64,000 nucleotides of DNA from the human T2T-CHM13v2.0 reference genome, Homo sapiens. The translations under genes were made by a program, and so were the position numbers. The notes below the pieces were generated by a model, which worked only from the letters and a program-made list of their open reading frames with translations, was not told where the DNA came from and ran no database searches. The stretch's first letter is position 1. Each line of letters starts with the position of its first letter. The DNA is taken from assembly GCF_009914755.1 (NCBI RefSeq), contig NC_060934.1; one strand, given 5' to 3'. This document shows, one piece after another, positions 45,442-60,085 of the stretch.

Positions 45442-46415
45442 TGCCTTAGTTTTCTGTTGCTGTATAACAAATTGCCCAAAATTTAGCAGCTTAAACATAA
45501 TAAACGTGATGTATTACACCTTCTCTGAGGGTTAGGAATCCAGGAGCAGATTAGCTGAGTGGATTTATTCTGGCTCTCTCATGTGGTTACGGTCAAACTC
45601 TTGACTACAGCTGAGGTCACCTGAAGACTGGACTGGTATGAAGGACTTGCTTCCAAGATGACTCAGTTAAGTGGCAGAAAACTATTCCTTACCACAGGCA
45701 CTTCTCCACAGGGGAGCTTGAGTATCCCCATGACATGCCAGCAGTCTTCTCCCAAAATAAGTGTTCCAAGAGAGAGCAAGAATGAAGCCATATGTCTTCT
45801 AAAATTGACATGGATAGTTTTATATGTCAGCTTAGCTGGACCACAATGTCCAGATATTTGGCCACTTGTTTTTCTGGATTTTTCTGTAAGAGTGTTTTTG
45901 GATAAGATTAACATTTCAATCTGTGAACTTTGAGTAAAGAAAACTGCCCTCTATAATATGAGTTGATCTAATTCAATAAGTTAAAGGCTTGAAGAGAATA
46001 AAAAGACTGACCGGCCCTGAACAAGAACAAATTTTACTAAAAAATGGCTTTTGGACATGGTTCTTTCTGGGTCTCCATACTAATGATCTATGCTGCAGAT
46101 CTTGGACTTTCCAGCCTCCATAACTGCATGAGCCAGTTCCTTAAAATAAACATCTCTCTCTTTGTGTATGCTCACACGTGTGTGCACACATATGTGCATG
46201 CGCTCACACATACATGCATAAATATTTTGGGCTCTGTTTCTCTTGAGAACCCTGATGATACAATAACCTAATTTTGGAAGTGGCATGGCATCTCTCTTGC
46301 CATTTTCTATTAGTCGCATGTACCAACCTGGTAAAATGAATGAGGAGACCAAATAAGGCTGTGAATACAAGTAAGCAGGAAACATTTGAGGCCATTCTGG
46401 AGGCTGACTATCACA
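45442..46415 (-). mobile_element. MLT1 (F/G-like) MaLR LTR, split by MLT2
   Basis: 'ttgctgtataacaaatt...aaatttagcagcttaaac' to 'ggccattctggaggctgactatcaca'. Confidence 0.8.
45805..46262 (+). mobile_element. MLT2 (HERV-L) solo LTR
   Basis: 'tgtcagcttagctggaccac...ccagatatttgg...gattaacattt' to 'gagaaccctgatgataca'. Confidence 0.88.
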
Positions 46416-46810
46416 TCTATAATCTAATAATACCCAAATTTATGTCTTCAATTCCAACTTTTTTCTTAAAATATAGACCCCTAAATACAATTGCCTAGCT
46501 GACATCTAGACTTAGGTATAAATAAGCAGTGCTAGCTTAATGAAACTCCTGAATCACTGCCTTTCACTACCACCTATCTGTTAACCTGCTAGTGTTCTCA
46601 ATTACAGTTAATAATAGTACTGATTGTTCCATTCCTCAGGACAAATCTTGATTTTGATCTTGGTTTATCACTCTATCTGTCTCACACTCCACCTCTGACC
46701 CATAAGCCTGCCAACTCTATTTACAAAAATATCCTGGTCCCAATGACTTTTTACTTTTCACAGCCTTCATAACTATCACTCTAGTTCAAGTCACTATCAT
46801 CACAGGCAAA
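46416..46810 (+). mobile_element. L2 fragment (host of MLT1; also about 45330-45441)
   Basis: 'atggctttaaataca|tcta...cccaaatttat...caattgcctagctgacatct'. Confidence 0.65.
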
Positions 46811-47656
46811 TGGAACATAGAAAAGAAAATACTTTTTTTCTGCTACCATCAGCTAGGATCTAAATTTTCCAGTATGCTTTGGAATGCCGTTTTTCTTAAA
46901 ATTAAAAAAAAAATGACTACGACTATATATACAGAATGCATAAGGCCTGGCATCTGGTTTTGCATGAGATACTAATTTCTGTACTTTAATAAAATTTTCC
47001 GAGTATGACCTTAGCATGATCTGACAGGGCATCAAAATGTTTACACAGACATTTTCCTTTTGTTTGTTTCAGTCCCTCTTGAACTCTTTGTCAACTACTA
47101 CTTGGCATTTTGAATGGGAAGGTGTCACCGTTCATCAAATTAAAATGCACATACAAATGCATTTTAATGTGCAATGTACGTTAAAAAGCCTCCCCCAGAA
47201 ATTATATGATCCAGCTTTACAATGTAATTTTAGCATTAAGGCATTTTATCACAATAGAATTACCAGCTCTAATTTGTTTATTTCTTTTCCCTCTATCAAT
47301 TAGCCTTCTGCCAGACCAGCAAGTACTTTTTCTTTTATTAATGGCACAATGGAAAAATAATCACTAAGATGGACATGGTTTGGGCCTCTGAGATTTCAGT
47401 AAATAAAGCAAATGGGGTGGAAAAGTGCTTCTTAGGTGCCCATCTCAGGCTCTGTATGGGGCATGGGTAAAGACCCCCACAGGGGGTATTTACATGACTC
47501 AGTTTGATAAATGCATCTTCTAAGAAGTGAATGTTCACACTTTATGATATAAACTAAATAAATATATCAAGGAGATTAAAGCTTAAAAATCAGAAAGAAT
47601 ATTGCCTTATGTCAACTCTTGTTATATAGTTCATTCTCTGGATAACTGAGGTCAGT

Positions 47657-48188
47657 ATATTACTTATCTACAGATGTGCAGCAATTTCTCCAAAACATAG
47701 CATCCTAAGACATTTATTATCTCTTTCTTCCTCTGGGGCAGGAGGAGTCCAAGAGTAGCCTAGATGGATGGTTCTGGCTTAAGGTCTCTCACAAGGTCAT
47801 AGTCAACTCTTGGCCAGGCTTGCAATTATTCAGAACTGGAGGATGAGTTTCAAGCTCACTCAAGTGGTCATAGGCAGGCTTGAGCTCCTCACTGGCTATG
47901 GTTGAATACCTCAGTTTCTTGCCATGTAGGCCTATCCATAGTGCCGTTCACAAAATGGCAGCTTGCTTTCCTCAGGCCAAGTGATCAGGACAGAGATGGT
48001 ATCCAAGACATAAGCCATGTCATTCCCTAAAGTTACGCTCACAGGTGACGACAGCAGAAGTGCTGCATTCTATTCACTAGAAGTGAATCACCAAGTCCAG
48101 CCCACACTCACACTGAGGACAGTAAGGCTCCACCTCTTGAAGGGAAAAGTACCAAATAATTTATGGTAATACAGTTAAAACCACCACG
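47657..48188 (-). mobile_element. MLT1 (E-like) MaLR LTR
   Basis: 'gttctggcttaaggtctctcacaaggtc' to 'gctccacctcttgaaggg...aaaaccaccac'. Confidence 0.8.
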
Positions 48189-48394
48189 GGCAGATAATCA
48201 GACACTTTAGGTCATCCCTGGCGCAGATCCGGTACCAGTTCTGACTTCTTTGCTAAATTTCCTACAAGGACTGGCACCTCTCCCCTCTGGATGTGGTATC
48301 CATATATAATTTCAAACCTAATCTCATTCTGAAACTACAATAAACTCACAGAAATAAAATGATCTGCATACTTTATCTTATAGTCATTTTCGAG

Positions 48395-48647
48395 TGGTTT
48401 GGAGTGCAAACTCTAGCATCTAGTTTGAATACTGGCTCTGCCATTCATTTGCTTTGCAACTTTGAAAAATGATTTCAACTGTGCATTCCTTAAATTTCTT
48501 ATCTGTAAAATGCAGATGAAAACACCTACCGGGTAAATCTACTGAGATGATGAAATATTTTATTATATATAAAATGCTTAGGATATTGCCTGTAATACAG
48601 TAAATCTTTATTAATATCATTATCTTTATTATTATTATTATTATTAT
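48395..48647 (+). mobile_element. MIR with (TTA)n tail
   Basis: 'tttcttatctgtaaaatg...cacctacc...atgcttagg'. Confidence 0.75.
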
Positions 48648-48959
48648 AGAAGTCATGCCCACCCATAGTCCCAATCATGGTACAGAAAACAGGAATGTAT
48701 TCCATAGATATAAGAAAATAGTAATGAGCAGGGCTGTTTTAGGCATTGGACATTGAATAGTGAACAAAGCTGTTGAAAACCCTGCCCTTCAAGAACATCT
48801 GTATTTATGAGTTTTGCTCACATCATTCATGATTGTTTCCATAGCTTTGCTAAGAAAGATGAAATGAAGACAACTGAGTGGTCTTGATAGCAAAGCTGAA
48901 CACACAGAGCAGGTTCTGCCTGGAGTGTGTCTTAGTTATCAGAAGAGTATACGGTTCAT

Positions 48960-49269
<310 letters not shown>

Positions 49270-50115
49270 AAGAGTATTCTGTTCCCTAGCTCTGTCTGTT
49301 CCCAAGAGCAAAGGAGAACAAGCTGCGGCTTTGCCACTGATCTGATGTGTTCTGTTCATGTGAGCAAGTCATTTAATCTTTCTCGGGGTGTTTCTCATTT
49401 ACAAAATGAGAAGTGCAGGGGTTATATTACATTCTTGTTTGATTTTTTAAAAATTGTGTTCTAGAAAAGATTGGAATTCCTCAGGAATGCTTCTCGGATT
49501 CTGTAAACTTTTTGTTGGAATTTTACTTTATTTATTTACAAATACTTTATTTTCTAAAACGTCAATAAAAATCACATATGATAAAAGGGACTATTTATTA
49601 TATTAATGTTAATATATTAGAGACTATATGGGTTAAGATTTGTCCTTAATACTTTATTTAATAATAAGAAAAAAAATGCCATACAGCTGAGTTTACAAAA
49701 TAGATACTAAGTTGTACTTTGCTGTTTCATACAATGCAGTTCCACATAAAAGTTGAAAATAGAGTCCCATAAAATGACTTTGCAATTCATTTTTCTATAT
49801 AATAATGACTAAAATTTTGAGCCATTATTATTTCCCAGAACCTGCCTTAAGTGTATAGTGTTTCATTTTAATATAAAAACAAATCTGTCATGTTGGCATT
49901 CATATCTTACTGACAGAAAGTAAAGAAACTGAGGTTAGAAAGGTAAAGTAACTTGCCAAGTTTATCTGACTTACAATAGCAGACCCAGAATTTAAATTGA
50001 GATCTACAAATATATGCTTTTACTACCACGCTAATTATTCGTAGGATTTCTTATTAAGATAACCACTATATTAATCTCTTTTCATCTGTCATATGTCACA
50101 CTAGCTCTTATTATT

Positions 50116-50628
50116 TGCTGAGACCAGCTTGGTCGGGGAGACCCTAACTCAGTGGCGCTAGAGGAATTAAAGACACACACACAGAAATATAGAGGTGTGA
50201 AGTGGGAAATCAGGGGTTTCACAGCCTTCAGAGCTGAGAGCCCTGAACAGAGATTTACCCATATATTTATTAACAGCAAGCCAGTCATTAGCATTGTTTC
50301 TATAGATATTTGATTAACTAAAAGGTATTCCTTATGGGAAACGAAGGGATGGGCCGAATTAAAGGAATAGGTTGGGCTAGTTAACTGCAGCAGGAGCACG
50401 TCCTTAAGGCACAGATCGTTCATGTTATTGTTTGTCGCTTAAGAATGCCTTAAGCGGTTTTCTGCCCTGAGCTGGCCAGATGTTCCTTGCTCTCATTCCC
50501 GTAAACCCACAACCTTCCAGCTTGGGCTTTAGGGCCATTATGAACATGTTACAGTGCTGCAGAGATTTTGTTTATGGCCAGTTTTGGGACCAGTTTATGG
50601 ACAGATTTTGGGGGGCCTGTTCCCAACA
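50116..50628 (-). mobile_element. MER9 solo LTR (HERV-K HML-3)
   Basis: Minus strand starts TGTTGGGAACAGGCCCCCCAAAATCT; 513 bp; perfect 6-bp TSD ATTATT. Confidence 0.95.
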
Positions 50629-51369
50629 ATTATTGAAGGGTGTCAGCTGAGAAGTTTGATGGTTGAATTCCAATGTAAATGACTTCTCAAGAGACAGGTC
50701 AAATAAACTGCCATGATTTTAAATAAAAATTTATTCATCTCTTCCTGTTTCAGGCCAATAATCAGTTGCAAAAACTACCTTGCTTGTTGGATTCATCCAC
50801 CTCCAATGATATGTTAGATGATCAATGGCCAGTCACTTTCTAGATCTCAGGCTCAGTCTGCGTCACATGGTGAGTTACCACACTGACCCCTCCTGACCTT
50901 GGAAAGAAGTGTGGTATGAAGATGAAAGATCAAGATATTTGAAAGGCTTGGAGAGGTGGCATCTAACACATGGCTTTCATGACATCTAGGGGCCAACTTT
51001 GTCGCTCTCCCACTCTCCCTCAAGTCACTCTTACACATTATAGCTTCAAGAAGATAAAGAATGCAGGACCTTGGGTTGGACCACAGACTGCTTAAGTCAT
51101 CTCCCAGATCATTTATGATCATGCTATCAGGACCATCTAAATGACCCAAGAGGTCCTGTTCCAGCTATAGGAGACAGCTATTATTGGTAATTAATAATAA
51201 TAATGATGCCATTATTGTCATGTAAGAGAACCCTGCACTGCCTCTATGCTAGTGACTGTAATTTCTGCTCTTCATCCTCACAGTCACTACACACTCTATA
51301 CTTTCGATGCAACCCTGCACATTCTATACTTCTGCTCCTCTTGCACTAGGCCCCTCTCATACATAAGCA

Positions 51370-51670
51370 ATCATTTGCATTGTGACCACAATGACATTTC
51401 TAAAGAATAGACATGCTCTGCCACTCTCCTGGGGAATTTCTGCAGTGGCTCCTTCTACATCTATATTCCTCAACCTTGCATTCAAGGTCTTCATAATCTA
51501 GTCCCAGTCTACTTTTCTGGAAAATTTTGCCATTATACTTTTTGTATCTTAAATTCCAGTCTTGATTTAAAACTTAAGCACACAATTCTAAAATTACCAT
51601 TTTTATACTCCGTGGTGCCTAAAACAGTGCCTGATATGGCATAAGCACCAATACTTAAGTGTTGATGAAA
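51370..51670 (+). mobile_element. L2 3' fragment
   Basis: 'gcattcaaggtcttcataatct', 'gtgcctaaaacagtgcctgatat'. Confidence 0.65.
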
Positions 51671-52699
51671 ATGGTCTATGAACAGGTATGGTTATTGTTA
51701 ACATTAAATACCAATTCTTATTTAACCTTTTAAAACATTAAACTGCAGTAGAAAAACAGAACATTGAGTTATAATGCCATAATAAATCTCAGTCTCAAAC
51801 CTCCTTAGAATTTTACTTGATTGACATAACAATAAGAAAATATTCAGTAGATCAGGAAACTTAGAGGAATTTGGTAAATATTCTTAGGTCCAAGATTTAA
51901 ACTGTGAATTAATGACTGGAAATTTGAGAAAAGTGCCTTCCTAAATCGTAAATGCCACATTTCTTGTTTTCTGCAGTTTGATCAGCTTACAGTTGAGCAG
52001 CACAATTAATAGCTACTATTTTCATAATGCATGTGAAAAGTAATATTTTGTCTATCTCTGTGGGTGGCATTAAGCTAGCAAAACACTCTACTTGGCATTA
52101 TCTTGACACCAGTCAATGAAGCTATCAGGCAAATGAAACTACTTTTGTGATAAGCAGCACAGTAATCGAAAATTGTCATTCTTTCTTTTCCCCAGGAAAA
52201 CCCGAAACTTTCATTTCAACCTTTTTTATATCACCAGGAAGAAATGAATATTTATAAAACAAGAAAAGGGCACCATCCAGGTGTCATTTTTCTCAGTGAA
52301 TTATACACAATGAAGGATAATAAAACAGCTTCAAAGTAAACTCTAGTTGCTGCCATTTAGCACTAATTTTTTAGGCATTTATTCAGTTCTACAGGCAAAT
52401 GTACAGGCAATGTCAGAGAGAAACGTATCTTGGTACACTTGGAGGCAATAAGTTGGGCAGGTAAGAGCTTTCTTTTCATTAGAGTCCAGCAGTTAGTGGA
52501 TAAAGATGATGACTGAGTGATCCAGGCTTGAGTGCTGGACCAAAGGGCTGGAATCACCAATCAATTGAGGATAAATCTATGATACAAAGCAGGATTCATT
52601 TTACCCTAAAGGAGTTGAAAGCAGAACTCTAGATCAGCATTGTCAAGTGAACGTACAAGTTTAATGTTCTCTCCTAGAATCACACTGGATCACAAAATA

Positions 52700-53600
<901 letters not shown>

Positions 53601-53892
53601 ATAGGCTAGAGTCCTGTATTCAATTTGTCTTTACTTTAACAGGCAATGTGATTGAGATTAAATTTGTTAGTTTTGGTTTTTAGTTTTGCAATAGTTTTTT
53701 TTTTTGAGCCAATGAAATTCTTCTTTTGAATTTATGTATTTATTTTATTTTATTATGATCAGATAATATTCTGTGAATATTTGCAATGTATATTCTATTT
53801 TGTAGATATACACTTGGCTGATAGGTAGACAGAAAGATAAAACAAAACTCATGCTGTTTTATTTTAAAAATTTATCAATTTTGAGAGTGTAC

Positions 53893-54280
53893 TGTGTCTT
53901 ATTTAGGATAAGGTAGGATATGCTGAGGTAAAAAGTTTTCAACATTTTATCTCTCCTTTGTGTTCCCTGTCTAACATGCTCTGTATATATGAAGGAACAC
54001 GTCTAAGCTCCACCATAGCCACTCAAGACCCTGATGCAGAGACCTGCCTTCTTGTGGCCACGCCATGTGGAACATGTGGCCCTCACAGTTGATGGGACTG
54101 GTAAGATGTTGCTGAAGGATGATGTGCCAGCCTCTTCCGTACTTCAGCCTGGAGGTAATGTCCCACATTTCTGCCTACTGGCAATTTGCCAGAAGTAGTT
54201 ATATGATCCTATCTAAGTTAAAAGGCATCTAAGAAAGGTGAAAAAATGGAATATCTGTGACTTACACGCTTTCTACCATG
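53893..54280 (-). mobile_element. Old MLT1 (J/K-like) LTR
   Basis: 'aggataaggtaggatatgctg...cagcctggaggtaat...gccagaagtagttatatg'. Confidence 0.55.
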
Positions 54281-54309
54281 GTGTTTTGAAGGGTTATGCT
54301 ATGACTGGA

Positions 54310-54940
54310 GCACCACACAGTGGTTAAGACATCAGGTTCTGGAGTCAGACTCCCTGGGTTTCATTTACTGTGTTAGTCAGCTTGGGCTGCCATAACGGAA
54401 TACCATAGAATGGGTTGCTTAAACAACATAAATTTATTTTCTCATACTTCTGAAGACTGAAAAGTCCAGGATCAAGGTGCCAGCAAATTCAGTTTCTGAT
54501 GAGTCCTCTCTTCCTGGCTTGCAGACGGTCACCTTCTGCTGTGTGCTCCCCTGTTCCTTGGGGCATGTACACACAGAGAAAGATCTCTGTCTTCCTCTTC
54601 TTATCAGGCCACTGATACTATCGTATTAGCACCCCAGGGCCCCACTCTTATGACCTCATTTAACCTACCTCATTTAACCTTAATTACTTCTGTAGAGGCC
54701 TTATTTCCTACTTTCAAATACAGTCATATTGAGGTTTAGAGCTTCAGTATTTAAATTTTCAGGTGACACAATTCAGTTAATGGCACTTACATTACCTTCT
54801 CTATGCTGTAGCTACAGAATAGAAATAAGTGAAATACCTACTTTATGTGGTTGTTATAAAAACAAAATATTTTAATACAAATATAGCACTTAGAATAGGG
54901 CCTAGCACTTAGTAAGTACCCAATAAATATTACCTATTAG
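54310..54940 (+). mobile_element. MIR split by MLT1A
   Basis: 5' 'gtggttaagac...tctggagtcagactccctgggtt'; 3' 'gcacttagaatagggcctagcacttagtaagt'. Confidence 0.8.
54369..54785 (-). mobile_element. MLT1A-like MaLR solo LTR
   Basis: 'gggctgccataac...aagtccaggatcaaggtgccagca...gacacaattcag'; TSD tttac/cttac. Confidence 0.88.
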
Positions 54941-55591
54941 CAAATTGTCATTTTTTATGCATACGGCATTTTAGACATTCCATATTGTTACAGCATGTTG
55001 TTATTTACGTGAAGTTTTCTAACTGTCATATTCTTGGTGTGGATCATTAAAATAGAGATTTTAAATAAATCCCTTACATATCACTTGAACGCAGGGAGGG
55101 GAATGCCAGATAAATACATATTTGAATGAAAGACTGAAGAGTTTGCTGAGAAACAACTTTAGCTAACAGTGGCAGGAGTAAGAGCCAGGCATGATGAGGC
55201 TGACACTATAGCTAAACCCCAGGAGTAGAGAGGAATTCTGTGTACGGCGTAACAATTCCCTCAGCTTTGCTTCTCACTAAGCTCCCCTAGATTTATGTAC
55301 CAACCTTATGTATAAGGGTGATTTATTTTAACTTAAATATTAAAGTACTGGTTTAATAAATGTCTAATCTTGTAGCGCAATGCCACTAAATATTTCCAAA
55401 TACAACACACACAAAATGGGGCCTCAGTTTACAAAACACCATAACACAGCTTTGGGCCCTTGTTTCAGAGGAGACATTCCCAGTAGGGTACCATGGACCC
55501 CTCACAGAAACTTGCTGGACAGTGAAAGGGTTTTGTGTTTACATCTCTTTGCCTTCTAAGTTACTTCTCTTGCAATTTTTTTTGGCTCTAA

Positions 55592-56017
<426 letters not shown>

Positions 56018-57787
56018 TCTATAAGGTAATTCTTATTTCCATTTTAAGGGTAAGAACACCTCTGAAACTTGGTTTTACTTTCCTATCACATGTTAGACTA
56101 TGATTTGGACTAAGGACTGACCCCAAAGTCCATATCTTCCCCACTGGACTCCTGCCCCAGGTATACTCAGATAGCATATTAGTAAACAATAAAGTACAGT
56201 ATATGAACAAAGTATTTTAATGTCTTGAACTCTGCTTATGAAATGCATTTTTTAATTTTACTTGTTCTTAAGGGCTAAGTTAAAGTCTCAGGCCACTGAA
56301 AAAGGTTTCTGAACATTCGTGTCAGAAAACAAAATAAAACACGACTTAGATTATCTTGGTTGGATTGAATTTAGGGAAAATTCTCCTTGGAGCCATACCT
56401 ATATTCAATCTATCTAGATTTCCTCAGTTAAATACCAATAACAGTCTTCCCTGGTTTGCTTATTCTGGGTGATTTTCTTTGAGATTATGTTTCACCTTTG
56501 TTGACAGCAAGCTGAACATTCCCACATTATCATACTGTTTATTTTACTTTGTTGGCTAATGCACTGTCACCGCTAGGAAAACTTCACAGCTTTGAATATG
56601 AATGTAACATCTGGTTTCGTTTCAATAACATTTCATGCTGCAAATGCAAATATGATCTTTTTTGTGTGTACTTCAACAAAAAAGTCTCATATAGTCGTTC
56701 TAATTGAAGGCTGATTTCCACATTCCAGTTCCTGAATGCCATGGCTTTGCCCTACTTTTTTCTTTTTTGAACATAGATGGAAGTATAAACGTGTGTTCTA
56801 AATACATCCCATACTGCTCCTTCCGTTTTGTCAGAACTTTAATCTGTAAACGTGCCATGTCCTTAATTTGTCGGATTTTGGGGACACTGGGCAACAAGTA
56901 AAATGTCTCTTTCTCGATGCTATCTGAATTTATACATTAAGACAATTTGTGACATCTTATGGCATATGATTCATCTCTCATCCAGAAAATCAAAATTACA
57001 GATTTTGATAAAAGTCATACAGTGAAAACTATTGATCACTCTTCTACACTATAAGATTTTAGCAGGCAGAGATTTTAAAAACACACCCTGTTATGATATT
57101 TACTGGAGCAAGTGTGGAAGGCAGAGTTGCTGTCCACATATGCAATTCATAGGTTATAGATTTCTGTTTTTAGGTAATGATGCCTGGATTCATAGAAATA
57201 TCCCTCACACACAGCTACAAGTTTAAGCTACTGAGGTTACATTTAAAATAACCTTCTCCAAAAACTTTTCATGTCTGTTATAGAACAAGCCATGCGAACA
57301 ACTAAAGATGTATAAACACAAACTTTTCTTCCTTCTATGAGATTTGCTTAGTTAGGAGAATTAAAACTATGTACTTACAAAGAAGAAAAATGAAAACAGA
57401 AGTCAATATATGAGGGCTAATTAGTGAGATCTTTGCCAGTAGTATGGAAATCTAGAAAATAAATAAAGTATATTTGGTTAAGTATTTAGGAAGAAACACA
57501 AAAGAACAAAAATTGGAGTTTAGCAGTGGATATTACATTTGCAACCCATGAGTAGAGAGAAGCATTCTAGGCAAAGGGAATGGATTCATAAAACATCTGA
57601 GGGGGAGAAATTCAAGGTGTTCAAGGATGCAGTTTTCTATCCAGCATTCTTTAGCATCCTGGCAGCCTGAGACTGGCTCACAATTGTGCCCAGATGCTGT
57701 TTAGTTACACTTGGCCAACAGCCTATAGCCCCCACAAGTTAAACATGAGTTCATACTGATCTTTGTAACTTTAACCTATTACCACTT

Positions 57788-58497
57788 TGTAAACCAAAAA
57801 CAAAATTCTAAGCCTCCCAACCAACTGAATGGACCCCCCTTCTAGCCAAGAGTACCCAAAGAAACCTGAGAAATGAGTTCAGGTCATGACAGAAGGAGGA
57901 AAGAAGTTTGGCATGTCTCATTATACTCTCCTCCTTTTGGAGTTCAGTACAACTGACTAGCATTAACATTAACATTATTGTGAAACGGTGCTGCAAAGCT
58001 CTCTTCTGTGGAGAAAATTTACAGTGTGTAAAGAATATCCTTACCTTTCCAGGTTTTTTCCCGATACAGGAGAGATTTAACTAAAAGTCTAACATCTTTT
58101 AAAACCTGACAAAATACATTTACCATCTATTATATCTGAAGCCTGTTACCTGAAGGCTCCATCTACACAGCGAGAACCTTGGCTTCCACATCCCTCCTTA
58201 TCTTAAGCTGAACTCCTTCAACCAACTGCCAATCAAGAAATCTTTGACTTCACCTATGACCTGAAAACCCCCACTTTGAAATGTCCAGCCTTTTTATATC
58301 GAGCCAATGTATACCTCACATGTATTGACTGATGTCTTATGTCTCCTCCCCAAAATGTGTAGAACCAAGCTGTACCCAACCACCTCGGGTAAATGTTCTC
58401 AGGACCTCTTGATATTATGCCTCAAGCCATGGTCACTCATATTTGGCGCAGAATAAACCTCTTTAAATGTTTTAGAGTTTGACTTTCTTCATGAACA
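57788..58497 (+). mobile_element. MER4-family (MER4D-like) solo LTR
   Basis: Starts TGTAAACCAAAAACAAAATTCTAAG; 'cagaataaacctc'; perfect 4-bp TSD ACTT. Confidence 0.92.
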
Positions 58498-58845
58498 ACT
58501 TGGATTAGTCTAGGCTTCTCCTCTTGCTTATCTGTAAACATGCATTGCAATAATGAGAAGCTTGGCTCTGACTTCATTCCTCTATTTACTTATGTGTTAT
58601 ATTCCGGTACATCGTATACTAATACAGGAATGTTATAACCCATCCATGTGTAGAAAACAACTTTATTAACTAGATTACAAGGTTTATGTGCAGTGCATTT
58701 TGACTTTAGTTTTATAAACTCCTCTCATTTCCAAAGTTACTGAGGTCAGCAACTTCCTGCCTACCTGTATATACCTCATTCAGTGAGGTTGCTTCATAAT
58801 TGGATAGTAGAGTTAGGTTATTTTAGTACATTCTCCCTGATCCTC

Positions 58846-58848
<3 letters not shown>

Positions 58849-58902
<54 letters not shown>
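58849..58902. repeat. (AT)27 perfect microsatellite
   Basis: Directly visible. Confidence 0.98.
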
Positions 58903-58905
<3 letters not shown>

Positions 58906-59211
58906 ATTTGTGTACATCAAGGTTCACACTTTGTACTAGAAAATTATATGGATTTTTACAAATGCATAAGATTATATATTCACAATTACAGCATTATACA
59001 GAATAGCTTCCTTGCCCTAAAACAAAATTCACCATGATTCCCCCACTAAATCTTTATTCCAGCTCCCAAATGCCTGGCAACCATTGAGCATTTTACTGCA
59101 TCCAAAGTTTTATGTCTTTCAAAAGATCACATAAATGGAAACATATAGTATGTAGCTATTTCAAAGTGGCTTTTTTCACTTATCAATACATATTAAAGAT
59201 TGACCCTTATG

Positions 59212-59521
<310 letters not shown>

Positions 59522-59792
59522 TTATCTTTTTGTAGCTTCACACGTCATCTCATTTTATTGCTGAATAATATTCTATTATATGAATTTACAACAGTTTTGT
59601 TTTTCAGTTCACCAATTGAAGGACATCTTGGTTGCTTTGAGTTTCTGCCAATTATAAATAAAGCTATTATAAACACACATTTACAAATTTTTGTGTGATC
59701 ATACTTTTTCAAATCACTTGTGCAAATTTCTAAGTGTGCAATTAGTGTTGCATCATATGGCAGTGTTGTATTTTGCTGTGTGTTTTGACTGC

Positions 59793-60085
59793 TGCTATGG
59801 TTTGGATGTGTCCCCTCCAAAATTCACATGTTGACAATATAAAAGCATTAAGAGGTGGGGCCTTTAAGACACTATTAAAACATGAGGGCCTCTTCCTCAT
59901 AAGTGGGATTAAGGCTTTAAAAAGAAGACACCCGGTATTTGGCCCCACTTTCCTTTCTACTTTCTGCCATGTGAAGATGCAGCAAGAAGGCCCTCCCCAG
60001 ACACCTAATGCTGACATCTTGATCTTGGACTTCCCAGTCTCCAGAACTGTGGGAAATAAATTCTTGTTCCTTGTAAACTACCTCA
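59793..60085 (+). mobile_element. MST (C/D-like) MaLR LTR, 3'-truncated
   Basis: 'tgctatggtttggatgtgtccc...cttgatcttggacttcccagtctccagaactgtg'. Confidence 0.85.
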
